A DNA stretch of 64,000 bases from a virus: the IMG/VR virus record IMGVR_UViG_3300007640_000027. One strand, written 5' to 3'. The position numbers and the translations under genes were made by a program. The notes beneath the pieces were generated by a model that made no database searches, was not told where the DNA came from, and was given only the letters and a program-made list of their open reading frames with translations. This document shows positions 41,461-51,990 of this stretch, one piece after another (the first letter of the stretch is position 1; each line of letters opens with the position of its first letter).

Positions 41461-42204
41461 ATGACCGGGATTAACATAGAAGAAAAAGTAAGAAACTACC
41501 AAGGAACCAACAACTTCATCAAAGCAATCCGTCCATCATTATCAAAATGGGGTCGTCTAACTGCAAAACAATACGCCGCAGCCGAGAAAATCATTCTCAA
41601 CGAAGAACGTCAAAAAGAAATTAACGTAGAAGAACTCCCAACTGAACTACGAGCAATCGTTGAATACACAGGTGAGTCTACCTTCGTTAACGACTTGAAA
41701 ATGAAGTACAAGAAGTACCGCAAGTTAACTGATAAGCAAATATCTGCAGGTTACAAGGCAATTGACCGTGAAACCCAAAAAAGTTCACAAAAAGAAATCA
41801 ATATTAAAATGGTCGGAAATACCATTAAATTAAACCGCAAAATCGCCCTGGATATCAAAGAAAATTACAACTTGGACTTCCACCCCATTTTGGTTGATGT
41901 TACAGAAGTATTGATTATGTCAAATAAAGCATTCAAAATCAAAGCAAAATTAACCAAAGAAAACGGAGGCATCTGTAGCTGTTGCGGACGAACCCTTACT
42001 GATGAAATGTCACAAATAACTGGCATCGGACCAGTATGTGCAAAAAACGTCGGAGTTAAACACCCCAAAACAAAAGATGAGATCGGCAAATTCAAGCAAG
42101 AAATGTCAAACAAAATAGATGAAATCGGTGAGTTTGAGTTTTGGATCCCCAAACGATCTATCGTAGAATGGAAAGGAACCGCAAAGATCTTTATGAAATT
42201 GTAA
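41461..42204 (+). CDS. DUF6011-type zinc-finger protein (early)
   Basis: CSCCGRTLTDEMS...GIGPVC; TATCTTTG upstream. Confidence 0.7.
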   Translation: MTGINIEEKVRNYQGTNNFIKAIRPSLSKWGRLTAKQYAAAEKIILNEERQKEINVEELPTELRAIVEYTGESTFVNDLKMKYKKYRKLTDKQISAGYKAIDRETQKSSQKEINIKMVGNTIKLNRKIALDIKENYNLDFHPILVDVTEVLIMSNKAFKIKAKLTKENGGICSCCGRTLTDEMSQITGIGPVCAKNVGVKHPKTKDEIGKFKQEMSNKIDEIGEFEFWIPKRSIVEWKGTAKIFMKL

Positions 42205-42294
42205 TTAAAATTTTATTAATATATATTTGTTTTAAAATCTATTTTAACTATACTTGATCTTATATTTATAATAGAGAAAAAATTCACAAAATAT

Positions 42295-42786
42295 ATGGAC
42301 AAAGTATTAGTGTTGAATTCAGATTATTCTCCTCTGAATATTACCACACTAACAAGAGGTTTTGTGTTAGTGAGTAAGGGAAAGGCAGAAGTAGTGAAAA
42401 AAGGAGAAAATGATATCATAACATCCATAGGAAACTATGTTAGACCTGTTATTATCAGACTACTAGAATATATTAAGTATAGACCAAGAATAACCAAAGT
42501 TAGTCGCAGACGGATATTCCAAAGGGATAACCACACCTGTCAATATTGTGGTACAAAAAGAAATCTAACTATTGATCATATATTACCACGATCACGAGGT
42601 GGGGGTAACTCTTGGCAAAATTTAACTACTTCTTGTTCTCGTTGCAACAGTTTAAAAGGTGATCGCACACCTTCTGAAGCAAATATGAAACTTTTATCTA
42701 AACCCTATGAACCATCCATATTTTCAGATGTTTTATATCAGGGTATTGGAAAAGTATGGGAAGATTTTACTGAATCTTTTAAATAA
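42295..42786 (+). CDS. HNH endonuclease
   Basis: RDNHTCQYCG...TIDHILPRSRGG.NSWQNL...CSRCN..KG. Confidence 0.92.
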   Translation: MDKVLVLNSDYSPLNITTLTRGFVLVSKGKAEVVKKGENDIITSIGNYVRPVIIRLLEYIKYRPRITKVSRRRIFQRDNHTCQYCGTKRNLTIDHILPRSRGGGNSWQNLTTSCSRCNSLKGDRTPSEANMKLLSKPYEPSIFSDVLYQGIGKVWEDFTESFK

Positions 42787-42845
42787 AAAAAAGGGGTTTA
42801 AAACCCCTTTTTAGATACGTACACACCCCCCCTTTTTATTAGTGT

Positions 42846-43955
42846 TTATTGATTTTTAGGTACCCAAACATCTAAATTCTCAGAAAATTCTCGCGATTTA
42901 ATTTTCTTCTTACTATAATTATCTTTATTTTCTTTTGGTTCACTAAATTTGAACCCTTTTCTTTTTAATTTTTTTAATATTTCTTTTTGTTTTTTTGTTA
43001 AGTCATTTGACACTTCATCTTTTGTTAACAACGACTCCAATCCCTTTTTTTCTTTTTGTTTCATAACTTGCTCAAATGGTTCTTCTTTTGTTGGTTGAGT
43101 CATTTGAGGTTCCATATAATTTTTCTCGTCAGACATTGGTTGTTCTTGTGTTGTTGGATTAACTTTTTTTCCTGAATACTTATCTCCGATTACAATTTTT
43201 AGATCTCTTGGATCTGGACCTTCTTTGTTTATAATTGAAAAATAAATTGTATTTAACACTGACATCAAACCAGGTGTTTTTCCTATATCTAATTTTGTAC
43301 TTGGAGGAAATGATCCAAGTTTAATTATTGGTTCGTTATTTTTATCAAACCCTTTTGATAAAACAACGGCTTTAATAAATGCGGTATCACCTGTTTCACC
43401 TAATTGCATTAGTTTTTCAAGGTGTTTTTTGATTTCTGAAATATCTTCAGTTGTAAAGATTACTCTTTTACTCACACCATCTCTACTTACCGTATAAAAA
43501 TAAATTTCATCTAATCTTTGGGAAATATTTTCCATATTATTGTTTTTCTGTTCACTAATATTTAAAGTTTCTTCAATTTTTTGGTTAAAAAACTGGCTTA
43601 TGTGTTTTTGTTTACCGTCATCATCAATAAAATCAAAATCATCACCTCCGTTTTTAACTATAACACGATAAGCTTTTTTGTTTCTATCTTTATCTTGACC
43701 CCAAAAATAAATATCACCTGTTCTACAATGTAATGATTCTTTATCTGTGTCAAAATCAGATAGATTTGTAATATAATTCATCATTACATCTTCAAACTTA
43801 CTATCTAAATCAGATAAGTAATATTTACCACATTTCTTTTTTGTGAATTCATCAAACTTATTCTTCACACTATCAATAGGTCCTGTGCTTTCTGGTCTTG
43901 GCGTAGGATCTCCCGGTAAATCTAAATTATCCTCTTGTTCTTTTATATTTTTCAT
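42846..43955 (-). CDS. Hypothetical protein
   Basis: ORF track. Confidence 0.65.
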   Translation of the reverse strand: MKNIKEQEDNLDLPGDPTPRPESTGPIDSVKNKFDEFTKKKCGKYYLSDLDSKFEDVMMNYITNLSDFDTDKESLHCRTGDIYFWGQDKDRNKKAYRVIVKNGGDDFDFIDDDGKQKHISQFFNQKIEETLNISEQKNNNMENISQRLDEIYFYTVSRDGVSKRVIFTTEDISEIKKHLEKLMQLGETGDTAFIKAVVLSKGFDKNNEPIIKLGSFPPSTKLDIGKTPGLMSVLNTIYFSIINKEGPDPRDLKIVIGDKYSGKKVNPTTQEQPMSDEKNYMEPQMTQPTKEEPFEQVMKQKEKKGLESLLTKDEVSNDLTKKQKEILKKLKRKGFKFSEPKENKDNYSKKKIKSREFSENLDVWVPKNQ

Positions 43956-46153
43956 TTTTTCTTAACGTCTTTTAAAGAATAATAATTTTTTCCATCAAGT
44001 GATACGATCATCCATTTATTTTGATATTTTTCAATTAGGTATGATGTACCTTCATGATTTAGTATCCATCTATCTTTTGTCGTTTCTGATTTAGATAAAG
44101 AATCTGGATTTTCATTAATGTAATTTCTTAAATATTCACTTGAACTATTTAGTATTTCTTCTTTTTCATCATATATTAACATCAGATCTTCTTCGCTCTT
44201 TTCTTTTAAATCCGTGTTTCTTTCAATAATTTCTTTGATGGTAGTCGGATCAAAAGATCTGGTTTTAAGAATATCAAATACACTTAATAATAATGGTTTT
44301 GCAAAATCAAAAATCATCTTAAAAGGAACTACATATTTAAAATCACTATTTGTCCAAAAATTTTCAAAAAATGATTCTATATCAATTAAGAGTCTCTCGG
44401 TATCACTTTTACTTAAATATTCTTCCATTTCTGATTCTGTCATATTGTTCTCTTCTTGAAATGACAAAACTGACTTTATAAGTGTTAACGTTATTGATGC
44501 GGTTAACCAGTTCTTTAATCCAATACCTACGGCTCTTGATAACATATATGGTAAACCACCACCAAGTTTTGTTGAACCAAAACTCAACCAACTAAGCATT
44601 TCACTCCACGACATTTTTCCTCGTATAAAAGACAAAAATCCTGGTTGTTTAAGTCCATCCATAACACCTAGATTAATTTTTGAACCTATTGATTTTCCTG
44701 TCAGATTTCTTACTTTACCCGAATTCTTACCCTTACTTTTATCTAATTTAGATAAAACCTCATCAATAAAGTCATCAGAATAACCTGATTTTTTCAATGA
44801 TTTACTAAGTTCAGTTTTGGAAATTCCTTTTAATGATTTAATATCATTTGTTAATATTTTCGCAATTCTGCTTTGGAAATCTGCGTTTCCTTGATTACTC
44901 TGTATTAATTTTTTTATGAGTTTTGATCTATCCTCAGAAGAAAGTGTAGTGTCTAAAATATCATCAATCATTAGTTTTGATGTTCTGTCAAGATTAGCTG
45001 TTTTTTTTAAATTATTAAACGTATCTGCATCTATAAATACCCTTTTTAAACCTCTGGCCACTGATCTTCCTGCCCGACCCAGTAGAGAAGCGAGACTCTC
45101 ATTTAATTGTTCAGATTCAAATATTACAGTTAAATCAACAGGTAATTCCTCTTTTCTTGATGTAGCAACCGAAGCACCTGTTAAAGCTAATTCACCGTCA
45201 CTTACAAATTTATTTACCTGTTTTTTAAAACTATCAATTTTTGCGATTATATTTTTTAAGAATTTCGCACCTTTTGGATATCTGTCAGCTAAAAAGGTAA
45301 CCACTTTAGACATATTCCCTTTTAATTTGTCCATCATTTGAGGTATCTTTTCAAAAAATGATCGGGCTTGTTTGTTACTTTTTAAAAGTCTAACAAGGTC
45401 TTCAGTGGAATCTATCCCTTTAAAAAGTTTTTTCATCACTTTAGCGGCACTACCAGTCGCAACCATCGCAAATACATCAAATAGTGTATCTAATATTTTT
45501 GAGAATATTGTTCCCTCGTAATCACCACTTATAATTTCATATATGTCTAAACCAACAATCAACCCCCATAAAATTGCTTGTGGTACTTTACCGATACCTG
45601 TTAAGACCAATATAGTTTCTAAGATCATACCGACCGGACTATAAACAGCATCACGTAATTTTTTCAATACATAAACAGTTCCTTTTTTTAGAAGTTCCAC
45701 AACTTCCATCCATTCGGCATTGGCTATTTTATCAACCACAGAGGAAATACCTTTTGCTGATGTTTTTACAAAATCTTTTATCCCTGATACGGTGGATTTG
45801 CCAGTTTCTTTTGCCCAATCTTTAAAACGATCCCATAATTTGGCTTCATTTAAAAATTCAGAAATAATTTCTTTATATTGAGTAATTTCTGAAACTGATT
45901 CAGATAATAGTGATTTGTTTAATATTAGGTTAGCTTCTTCACGAAGTTCAATAGGTGTATTTTCGTGATTAAATGAATATCTTAAGAAGAACTTTAAATT
46001 TTCAAAGTTTTCCCATATATCACCATAATTTTTCTTATTTTCAATATCAATTAGATCATCCATGAAAATAACATACTTTTCATCTGGAGACATAATTTCA
46101 TTAATAACCACACCTGATTTCATAAAAGCTTTTCCTATAAATACTTGTTTCAC
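43952..46153 (-). CDS. Large hypothetical protein with hydrophobic helices
   Basis: 733 aa; ILETILVLTGIG...ILWGLIVGL segment; LNE/LSE sites. Confidence 0.65.
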   Translation of the reverse strand: MKQVFIGKAFMKSGVVINEIMSPDEKYVIFMDDLIDIENKKNYGDIWENFENLKFFLRYSFNHENTPIELREEANLILNKSLLSESVSEITQYKEIISEFLNEAKLWDRFKDWAKETGKSTVSGIKDFVKTSAKGISSVVDKIANAEWMEVVELLKKGTVYVLKKLRDAVYSPVGMILETILVLTGIGKVPQAILWGLIVGLDIYEIISGDYEGTIFSKILDTLFDVFAMVATGSAAKVMKKLFKGIDSTEDLVRLLKSNKQARSFFEKIPQMMDKLKGNMSKVVTFLADRYPKGAKFLKNIIAKIDSFKKQVNKFVSDGELALTGASVATSRKEELPVDLTVIFESEQLNESLASLLGRAGRSVARGLKRVFIDADTFNNLKKTANLDRTSKLMIDDILDTTLSSEDRSKLIKKLIQSNQGNADFQSRIAKILTNDIKSLKGISKTELSKSLKKSGYSDDFIDEVLSKLDKSKGKNSGKVRNLTGKSIGSKINLGVMDGLKQPGFLSFIRGKMSWSEMLSWLSFGSTKLGGGLPYMLSRAVGIGLKNWLTASITLTLIKSVLSFQEENNMTESEMEEYLSKSDTERLLIDIESFFENFWTNSDFKYVVPFKMIFDFAKPLLLSVFDILKTRSFDPTTIKEIIERNTDLKEKSEEDLMLIYDEKEEILNSSSEYLRNYINENPDSLSKSETTKDRWILNHEGTSYLIEKYQNKWMIVSLDGKNYYSLKDVKKK

Positions 46154-46190
46154 TAAAAAAAATTTAATATATTTGTTTAAAATTTAAATT

Positions 46191-46583
46191 ATGAAATTTA
46201 AAAGAGGTGAAACTGTTCGGGCAAAAAAAACAAAAAGCGTATTTGCTGTAAAAAGAACTATGGTTATTGATGATGTTTTACATTATTACTATGAAAGAGA
46301 TCAAGCCTGGTACGCCGAAACTATATTAATGAATGCTCAAGAATACCGTGACAAAAGAAAAGCAAAAGGAAAAAAATTAAAGATTAGGGATTACGGTGAT
46401 GAAAAAGAGGTAATTAAAAATATGATGGAATATGCAAAAACTGAAAGTTTTAAGAATCAAATAAATAAGAAACATGCAGAACTAGTTGAGCAATCGTCAC
46501 CAAAGTGGGTTCGCTTTGCCTCTAGACACACCGGACTCCCACTTACTCGTTGGCTCTATCATATTCGCAGGTCCTCTCCTTAA
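46191..46583 (+). CDS. Hypothetical protein (early)
   Basis: TATATTTG at 46168-46175; 3' end overlaps the opposite gene. Confidence 0.55.
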   Translation: MKFKRGETVRAKKTKSVFAVKRTMVIDDVLHYYYERDQAWYAETILMNAQEYRDKRKAKGKKLKIRDYGDEKEVIKNMMEYAKTESFKNQINKKHAELVEQSSPKWVRFASRHTGLPLTRWLYHIRRSSP

Positions 46584-47114
46584 ACCGGTTTCCCATTTTG
46601 ACATTGATGCAGTTGCAGGTGCACCACCATCTTCTTGTTCACCAACTTCCTCTTTACTCTCTTCACCGTATATTTCAGGATGTTGAATACCAAACTTTTT
46701 GATTAATTCACCAGCAGTTGCATTGGCATCATCTTCAATTGGTCCACCGACATTTGAAATTTTTCCTTTTAGATCACCATCTTCATTTTGTCTATGGTGA
46801 GTCATCTCATGTGCAATTGAACGAAGAATGTCAACTAATGCTCTATCTAACACAAACACTCTAATTTCTGATTGTTCAAAATTCTCATCTCCTTCATCCT
46901 GATATCTATAAACCGCAGTTGTTTTAATACCATCTTTATTGTTTTGTAAAATGATATTTACATCATATTCAATACCGAGTTCTTTTTTAATAAACTCAAC
47001 AAAATCATCAATGATCTTTTTATCGGATGAATCCATCTGAACACCTTTGGTCTCAACTTTTTCATTTAGACCCATTACGGTCTTAATTCTTGATATTTCT
47101 TCGTTTAATCTCAT
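46497..47114 (-). CDS. HExxH (zincin-like) domain protein
   Basis: IAHEMTHHRQ...EDDANA; RLNEEI leader; C-terminal KWE.G..RG.AN repeat. Confidence 0.65.
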   Translation of the reverse strand: MRLNEEISRIKTVMGLNEKVETKGVQMDSSDKKIIDDFVEFIKKELGIEYDVNIILQNNKDGIKTTAVYRYQDEGDENFEQSEIRVFVLDRALVDILRSIAHEMTHHRQNEDGDLKGKISNVGGPIEDDANATAGELIKKFGIQHPEIYGEESKEEVGEQEDGGAPATASMSKWETGLRRGPANMIEPTSKWESGVSRGKANPLW

Positions 47115-47159
47115 AACCATAAATATATTAGTTTGACATAATGATAAAAAAAAACTATA

Positions 47160-47672
47160 ATGAAAATAAAAATGCGTTTTATTTGGGTTTTACTTATTTT
47201 ACTTTTCGGTTGTGTTCGTTATGAATTTCCGACATATCCAAGTTTAGATGGTGACTATATAGTAAGAAGTGTTACTATACACCATATAGACAACCATACT
47301 TCCACTCTGTTTGACACTGTTTTATATGATGGTGTATTCTCATATCAAAACCCAATTGGTCCCTTAGACTCAATGACAGTAGGTCAAACTCGGTTACACT
47401 TTTCTGGAATCAAGCTATATATGGGATTTTATATGATTAACGGAGACCCTCAATGGGAAAACGAATTTTATTACACAATATCTCAAGATATTTTATCAAG
47501 GGAGTGGGTTTACTTAGAGGTTGACTATATTATAGATAACACCTTTACCAAACGAAATTACCGTATTATTGAAGATGGTTTAGAATATTTAGTACTGGAA
47601 TGTACCCAACAATATAGTTTAGATGGTTACGATAACCAACATACGTATTCACTAAGACTTGAAGCTAATTAA
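47160..47672 (+). CDS. Putative lipoprotein
   Basis: FIWVLLILLFG-C lipobox. Confidence 0.6.
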   Translation: MKIKMRFIWVLLILLFGCVRYEFPTYPSLDGDYIVRSVTIHHIDNHTSTLFDTVLYDGVFSYQNPIGPLDSMTVGQTRLHFSGIKLYMGFYMINGDPQWENEFYYTISQDILSREWVYLEVDYIIDNTFTKRNYRIIEDGLEYLVLECTQQYSLDGYDNQHTYSLRLEAN

Positions 47673-48130
47673 TCTCTTAAAAGTTTTTGTACTCTATCAA
47701 TATTCTGTTTAAACTTCTCAGGATTGTCTTTTGCCCATTCTTTTATGGAATCAGGTAAATTTGAATTTTGTACTTCAGTCATTATTAAATCAATCCCACC
47801 CTTATGGGATCGTTTTTCCTCATCATTTTCAACAATAACATCACCAAATTCAGTAAATAACCTATTTCTCAAATTAGGTATTGTGGCATCAAAAGATATT
47901 TGAAAATTATTATTTTCTGCCCATTGTTTAATTTGTTCGGTGGATATTATTTTATTTTCTTCAAAAGGTACTTTATTTTTAAGACTTTGTGGTGAAGAAA
48001 TTATTTTGTATAGTTTCATTGATGGACTAACAAAAAGCACAACTCTTTGTTTGTCCAAACCAAAAAAACTTGTTTTGGTTAGGAATATTTTACCTAATAG
48101 ACTCTTCATAATTTTTTGTATTGATTCCAT
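47669..48130 (-). CDS. Hypothetical protein
   Basis: ORF; late motif upstream. Confidence 0.6.
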   Translation of the reverse strand: MESIQKIMKSLLGKIFLTKTSFFGLDKQRVVLFVSPSMKLYKIISSPQSLKNKVPFEENKIISTEQIKQWAENNNFQISFDATIPNLRNRLFTEFGDVIVENDEEKRSHKGGIDLIMTEVQNSNLPDSIKEWAKDNPEKFKQNIDRVQKLLRD

Positions 48131-48146
48131 ATAGTAATAAATAGTC

Positions 48147-48452
48147 TTAATTCATTTCTTGTGATGGAATTCTATCTGGATAAATTGTATAATATTCATT
48201 AAGAAATGATAATAAACTTTCTTCATCCATATATATTTCTTCCTCATCATCAAAAAGGTCAAATTCATCATCAAAATCACTATAAGAACCTAATAAACCC
48301 GAAGTTTCATCATATCCAAAATCTTCAACATACGCATATTCAATTATGTCCTGTCTAACTGAATCTTCATCATCATCTCTCAAACGAAATTCAACATTCA
48401 ACATATTATTTTCTTTGTTAATGAAATGCATCAAAATTTCAACAACTTCCAT
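48147..48452 (-). CDS. Acidic hypothetical protein
   Basis: ORF track. Confidence 0.65.
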   Translation of the reverse strand: MEVVEILMHFINKENNMLNVEFRLRDDDEDSVRQDIIEYAYVEDFGYDETSGLLGSYSDFDDEFDLFDDEEEIYMDEESLLSFLNEYYTIYPDRIPSQEMN

Positions 48453-48629
48453 GATATACTTTTTTAAGTTTTATTTTTTATAGAAATATATTAAAAAAAA
48501 GCAAAAGTATATAAATAAATCAAAAATTTTATAAATAAAAACTATATACTAAATAAATTATGTATAACAAATAATAAAAAAACCCGTCTATTATGACGGG
48601 TTTAAAATCAAATTACAAATAATATTTTT

Positions 48630-49415
48630 TTAATTAAACTTTTTAAACCTATCAAACATTTCTTTTATTTTATCAACACTTTCTTTCATTTCTGAACCAC
48701 AACCTTCACATTGCTCTTCTTCATAGTAAACATCAACATTACCACCTTCAGAATCAAAATCATAAGCATCTTCCTCATCACCATACATTTCTTTACCATC
48801 AATATCCGAATCCATCATACCTTCCATATCATCATAATCTTCAGGTGACATATCACTACCAAACATTTTAATAATTGAATCAATATCAGACTCATAAGAA
48901 TCGTCAGAATATGCATTATCAAATTGTTCAGGACCTTCAGATTTAAAGTCATATGCTGGATCAACACTTGAAACGTCCATGTCGTCCGCTTCAATTTCTT
49001 TTAAAGTATTTTCTTGTAATGACTTACATTTATCAGGATTCATATTTAAATAAAGTTGTGCTTGTTTTCTTCTTTTTTCATCGTCACCTTTTAATGCTTT
49101 ACCAACACATCCACAAGTCACCTTACCTTTACAATATTTTGTAAAACTACCTTCATCCATATCAATATCTTGAATCCACTTATCATCTTTTTTCTTTTCT
49201 GATATAACAGATTCATTAATATTATGGTTTTGATATGTTTTTACATTACCTTTATTATCAACGGTAATACCTTGTACATCACTCGGTCCTGGATCAACAC
49301 CTAATGGACGAGTATTTGATGGGACATTTCCCGTAGCATATCCATCATAAAAAGCTGAATGTTTTTGCAAGATGGAATTTTTTTCTTCATCTGAAATTGT
49401 TAAATATGATCTCAT
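48630..49415 (-). CDS. Hypothetical late protein (ISDEEK leader)
   Basis: ORF; TATTTATA upstream; terminator-like hairpin near 48576-48603. Confidence 0.65.
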   Translation of the reverse strand: MRSYLTISDEEKNSILQKHSAFYDGYATGNVPSNTRPLGVDPGPSDVQGITVDNKGNVKTYQNHNINESVISEKKKDDKWIQDIDMDEGSFTKYCKGKVTCGCVGKALKGDDEKRRKQAQLYLNMNPDKCKSLQENTLKEIEADDMDVSSVDPAYDFKSEGPEQFDNAYSDDSYESDIDSIIKMFGSDMSPEDYDDMEGMMDSDIDGKEMYGDEEDAYDFDSEGGNVDVYYEEEQCEGCGSEMKESVDKIKEMFDRFKKFN

Positions 49416-49503
49416 AATAATCTTTTTTAATATAAATATGTTTCAATTTTATTTTGTACATTTGACACCAAACTTATCGTTTATTACATTTAAAATAAAA
49501 AAT

Positions 49504-49761
49504 ATGAAAATTGAATTAATTAACGAAATTGCCGAAGGTGCAATTCTTCTTACAGGTTATGAAGACTGTATTGTTGGATTTAGTGAAGAGTTTGGTGCTG
49601 AAACGCGTGTTGTATATTCTAAAGACAAAATAATAAATAAACTTGTTATGGAAGATAATATGAGTGAAGAAGACGCATTAGAACATTTTTACTACAATAT
49701 CGCTGGTGGACATTACGGAGAACGAGACCCGATTTTCTTAACTTCTTTTGAAGATCTATAA
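49504..49761 (+). CDS. Hypothetical phage protein
   Basis: Likely start MKIELINE; LTGYEDCIVG...VYSKDKII...EEDALEHFYYNI. Confidence 0.65.
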   Translation: MKIELINEIAEGAILLTGYEDCIVGFSEEFGAETRVVYSKDKIINKLVMEDNMSEEDALEHFYYNIAGGHYGERDPIFLTSFEDL

Positions 49762-50748
49762 ATCCTTCATTATTTTTTTTATCTCTTCTAATATCACATC
49801 ATTGTCTTTTGTATGTGTATCATTAGGTATCAAAAATTTACTATCAATATAACCCTCTTCATCATTCAAAATAACGAGAGGGTTGACGACTTTTTTGTTG
49901 ATTTTTTCAAGTCTATCCGTCAAACCTTTGCAAAGATATTTGTGAATAAATAATCTTTCTTTTTCATTGCTATCCTTAAGATAATAATCCACATCATGAT
50001 CAGCCATCCAACCGTCTCTCAATGTTGGATGAGGTAAAACAGTGACTATTTCAATCTCAGGAAAAGATAATGATAAATCATTTATCGCAAAAACATATCT
50101 ATCCAAAACATTATCAATATGTTTGGTTAATTCTAATCCTTTTAATCTCGCATTTCTATAAAGGGAGACCCTACAATCAATCTCACCCAAATTTAAAACC
50201 ACATAATCACCTTTCATCAAAGGTAACGAATCAATAAATTTCTTATATGAAGAATTAACAAATCTATTAATGGTGAGTTCAGAGACATCAATAGGGTTTA
50301 ATATTTTATCATCAAATAGAAACTCATCAGAACCATATGGATATTTTGAAAAGTAATGATGTGCATTTGAGTCACCAATATACCATATATTTCTAAGGTG
50401 AAGTTCCCTCCCTTGACTCCTCATACGTAGGTTTTGATTACCTATGTTGATAATATCAGAATATAATATATCATTATCATTTTCAAAATCTTCAACGGTA
50501 ATTTTGATTTTATCACTGAATCGGTAATACAGTCCTTTGTTAAACCCATCAACAACCCAGTAATTCATTCCGTTTACCAATGCAATTTCACCTCCTATTG
50601 CACGGTAACCTAACTTAAAAAATTCTTCTTTTATTTTAACCGTTGCAATTTTAATTTCTTGTCCGTGATATGAAAAATCTATCCTGATCTTTTTTCCATC
50701 ACCTATAGGTTCTATACCGATATTAGTGATTTTAATATCATTTTGCAT
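49756..50748 (-). CDS. SGNH/GDSL-like hydrolase domain protein
   Basis: IGDSNAH, NLGEIDCR, C-terminal DTH. Confidence 0.6.
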   Translation of the reverse strand: MQNDIKITNIGIEPIGDGKKIRIDFSYHGQEIKIATVKIKEEFFKLGYRAIGGEIALVNGMNYWVVDGFNKGLYYRFSDKIKITVEDFENDNDILYSDIINIGNQNLRMRSQGRELHLRNIWYIGDSNAHHYFSKYPYGSDEFLFDDKILNPIDVSELTINRFVNSSYKKFIDSLPLMKGDYVVLNLGEIDCRVSLYRNARLKGLELTKHIDNVLDRYVFAINDLSLSFPEIEIVTVLPHPTLRDGWMADHDVDYYLKDSNEKERLFIHKYLCKGLTDRLEKINKKVVNPLVILNDEEGYIDSKFLIPNDTHTKDNDVILEEIKKIMKDL

Positions 50749-50770
50749 AATATAAACAAATTTAAATTAT

Positions 50771-51934
50771 TTAAAGTAAAAAAGTACTTCTTTTGGGATT
50801 GGGTATGATATCTTTAGTTTGTTCCAACAATGTCTCAACTCTAAAAGTTTTACCGTAAGGAAAAACTGACCAACATTTACAATTAGGTTCATTAAACTGA
50901 AAAAATTTAGGTTGATTTTTTCTAGTTGAAGATGCCTGAACCGGATGTAGTATACCATTCTTAATAACCACCATATCCACACCAAAGTGATCAACAAAAC
51001 CAAAGTCAGTACCAAATTCAAAAACCTCATATCCCTTCTCTCTAAATGCTTTGGCAACATCACTTTCAACCTGATATCCTCTACCTCTTGAATACTCAAA
51101 ATTACTTTTTATTGTCTCACTAAACGACTCATCCTCCATCAAACCCATTATGGTATCATCAACCAATTTTAAATTTTCAATTGTCGGTTCTAAATAATCT
51201 TTGATATTACTATCTAAAACACTATCTTTCCAAGTATCAATATCACTAAGTGATTTCCAATTTTTATTATCGTTTAATAATGCTTGTGTTAAAATAACCC
51301 CTTGGTTAGTGTAGTGAGTATTCAACCTATTAAATAATGAATATTTTTCGTCATTATCAACAACCATAACCAAACCTTTTTGTTTTACACTTTCTAAGTC
51401 CTGTTCAATGGAATTAAGCATTTTAGTACATTGTCCTGAGTTTTTTAATAATTCATAAAATCTTAATAGTTCAGAATATCTTTCATCAAAATGAGCGGTT
51501 CCGGGTTCTAATTTTATCTTTTTACCTGTCGCTGTTAAGTCTATATTTTTTTGTAATTGATTAAAGAATTTTCTCGCTAAATCACTTAAAGGTTTTGACT
51601 GTAATTTTTTTGTTAGTTTCTCACAAAATTGTCTACCTGTGGTAAATTGAGAACAATTCGTTAGTTTTTTTACACCTTCTTGTATTGGTTTTTTAGAAGT
51701 TTTTTCATTTTCAATATCACTTTCAAGTACCCACATATCTTCAGACGAAACAAGAGATAGTGTAGATCCATTATCCCATTCAACTTCAATAAGATTCTCA
51801 CTTTCTTCAAATGGATCACCAACTATACGTTTAACTGTACCGGCAGTACCAGCAGGTACAGGTGAATACTTATCATCCATATGGACACAGACTACTCTAT
51901 CACCTTTTTTTAATGTTGGATTAATTTGTTTCAT
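50771..51934 (-). CDS. DUF4314-like N-domain fused to putative PD-(D/E)xK-like C-domain
   Basis: GDRV...MDDKYSPVPAGTAGTV...VEWDNGSTLSLV; GYQVE...GVDMVV...PVQ. Confidence 0.6.
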   Translation of the reverse strand: MKQINPTLKKGDRVVCVHMDDKYSPVPAGTAGTVKRIVGDPFEESENLIEVEWDNGSTLSLVSSEDMWVLESDIENEKTSKKPIQEGVKKLTNCSQFTTGRQFCEKLTKKLQSKPLSDLARKFFNQLQKNIDLTATGKKIKLEPGTAHFDERYSELLRFYELLKNSGQCTKMLNSIEQDLESVKQKGLVMVVDNDEKYSLFNRLNTHYTNQGVILTQALLNDNKNWKSLSDIDTWKDSVLDSNIKDYLEPTIENLKLVDDTIMGLMEDESFSETIKSNFEYSRGRGYQVESDVAKAFREKGYEVFEFGTDFGFVDHFGVDMVVIKNGILHPVQASSTRKNQPKFFQFNEPNCKCWSVFPYGKTFRVETLLEQTKDIIPNPKRSTFLL

Positions 51935-51990
51935 AACTTTTTTCTATAAATATTAAAATAACGGAATATTTATTAAAGAAAATACATTGT

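Noticed and set aside
42295-42786. HNH as a mobile homing element
   Set aside because: Resembles the common stand-alone HNH family, with its own promoter motifs and terminator; no interrupted gene nearby.
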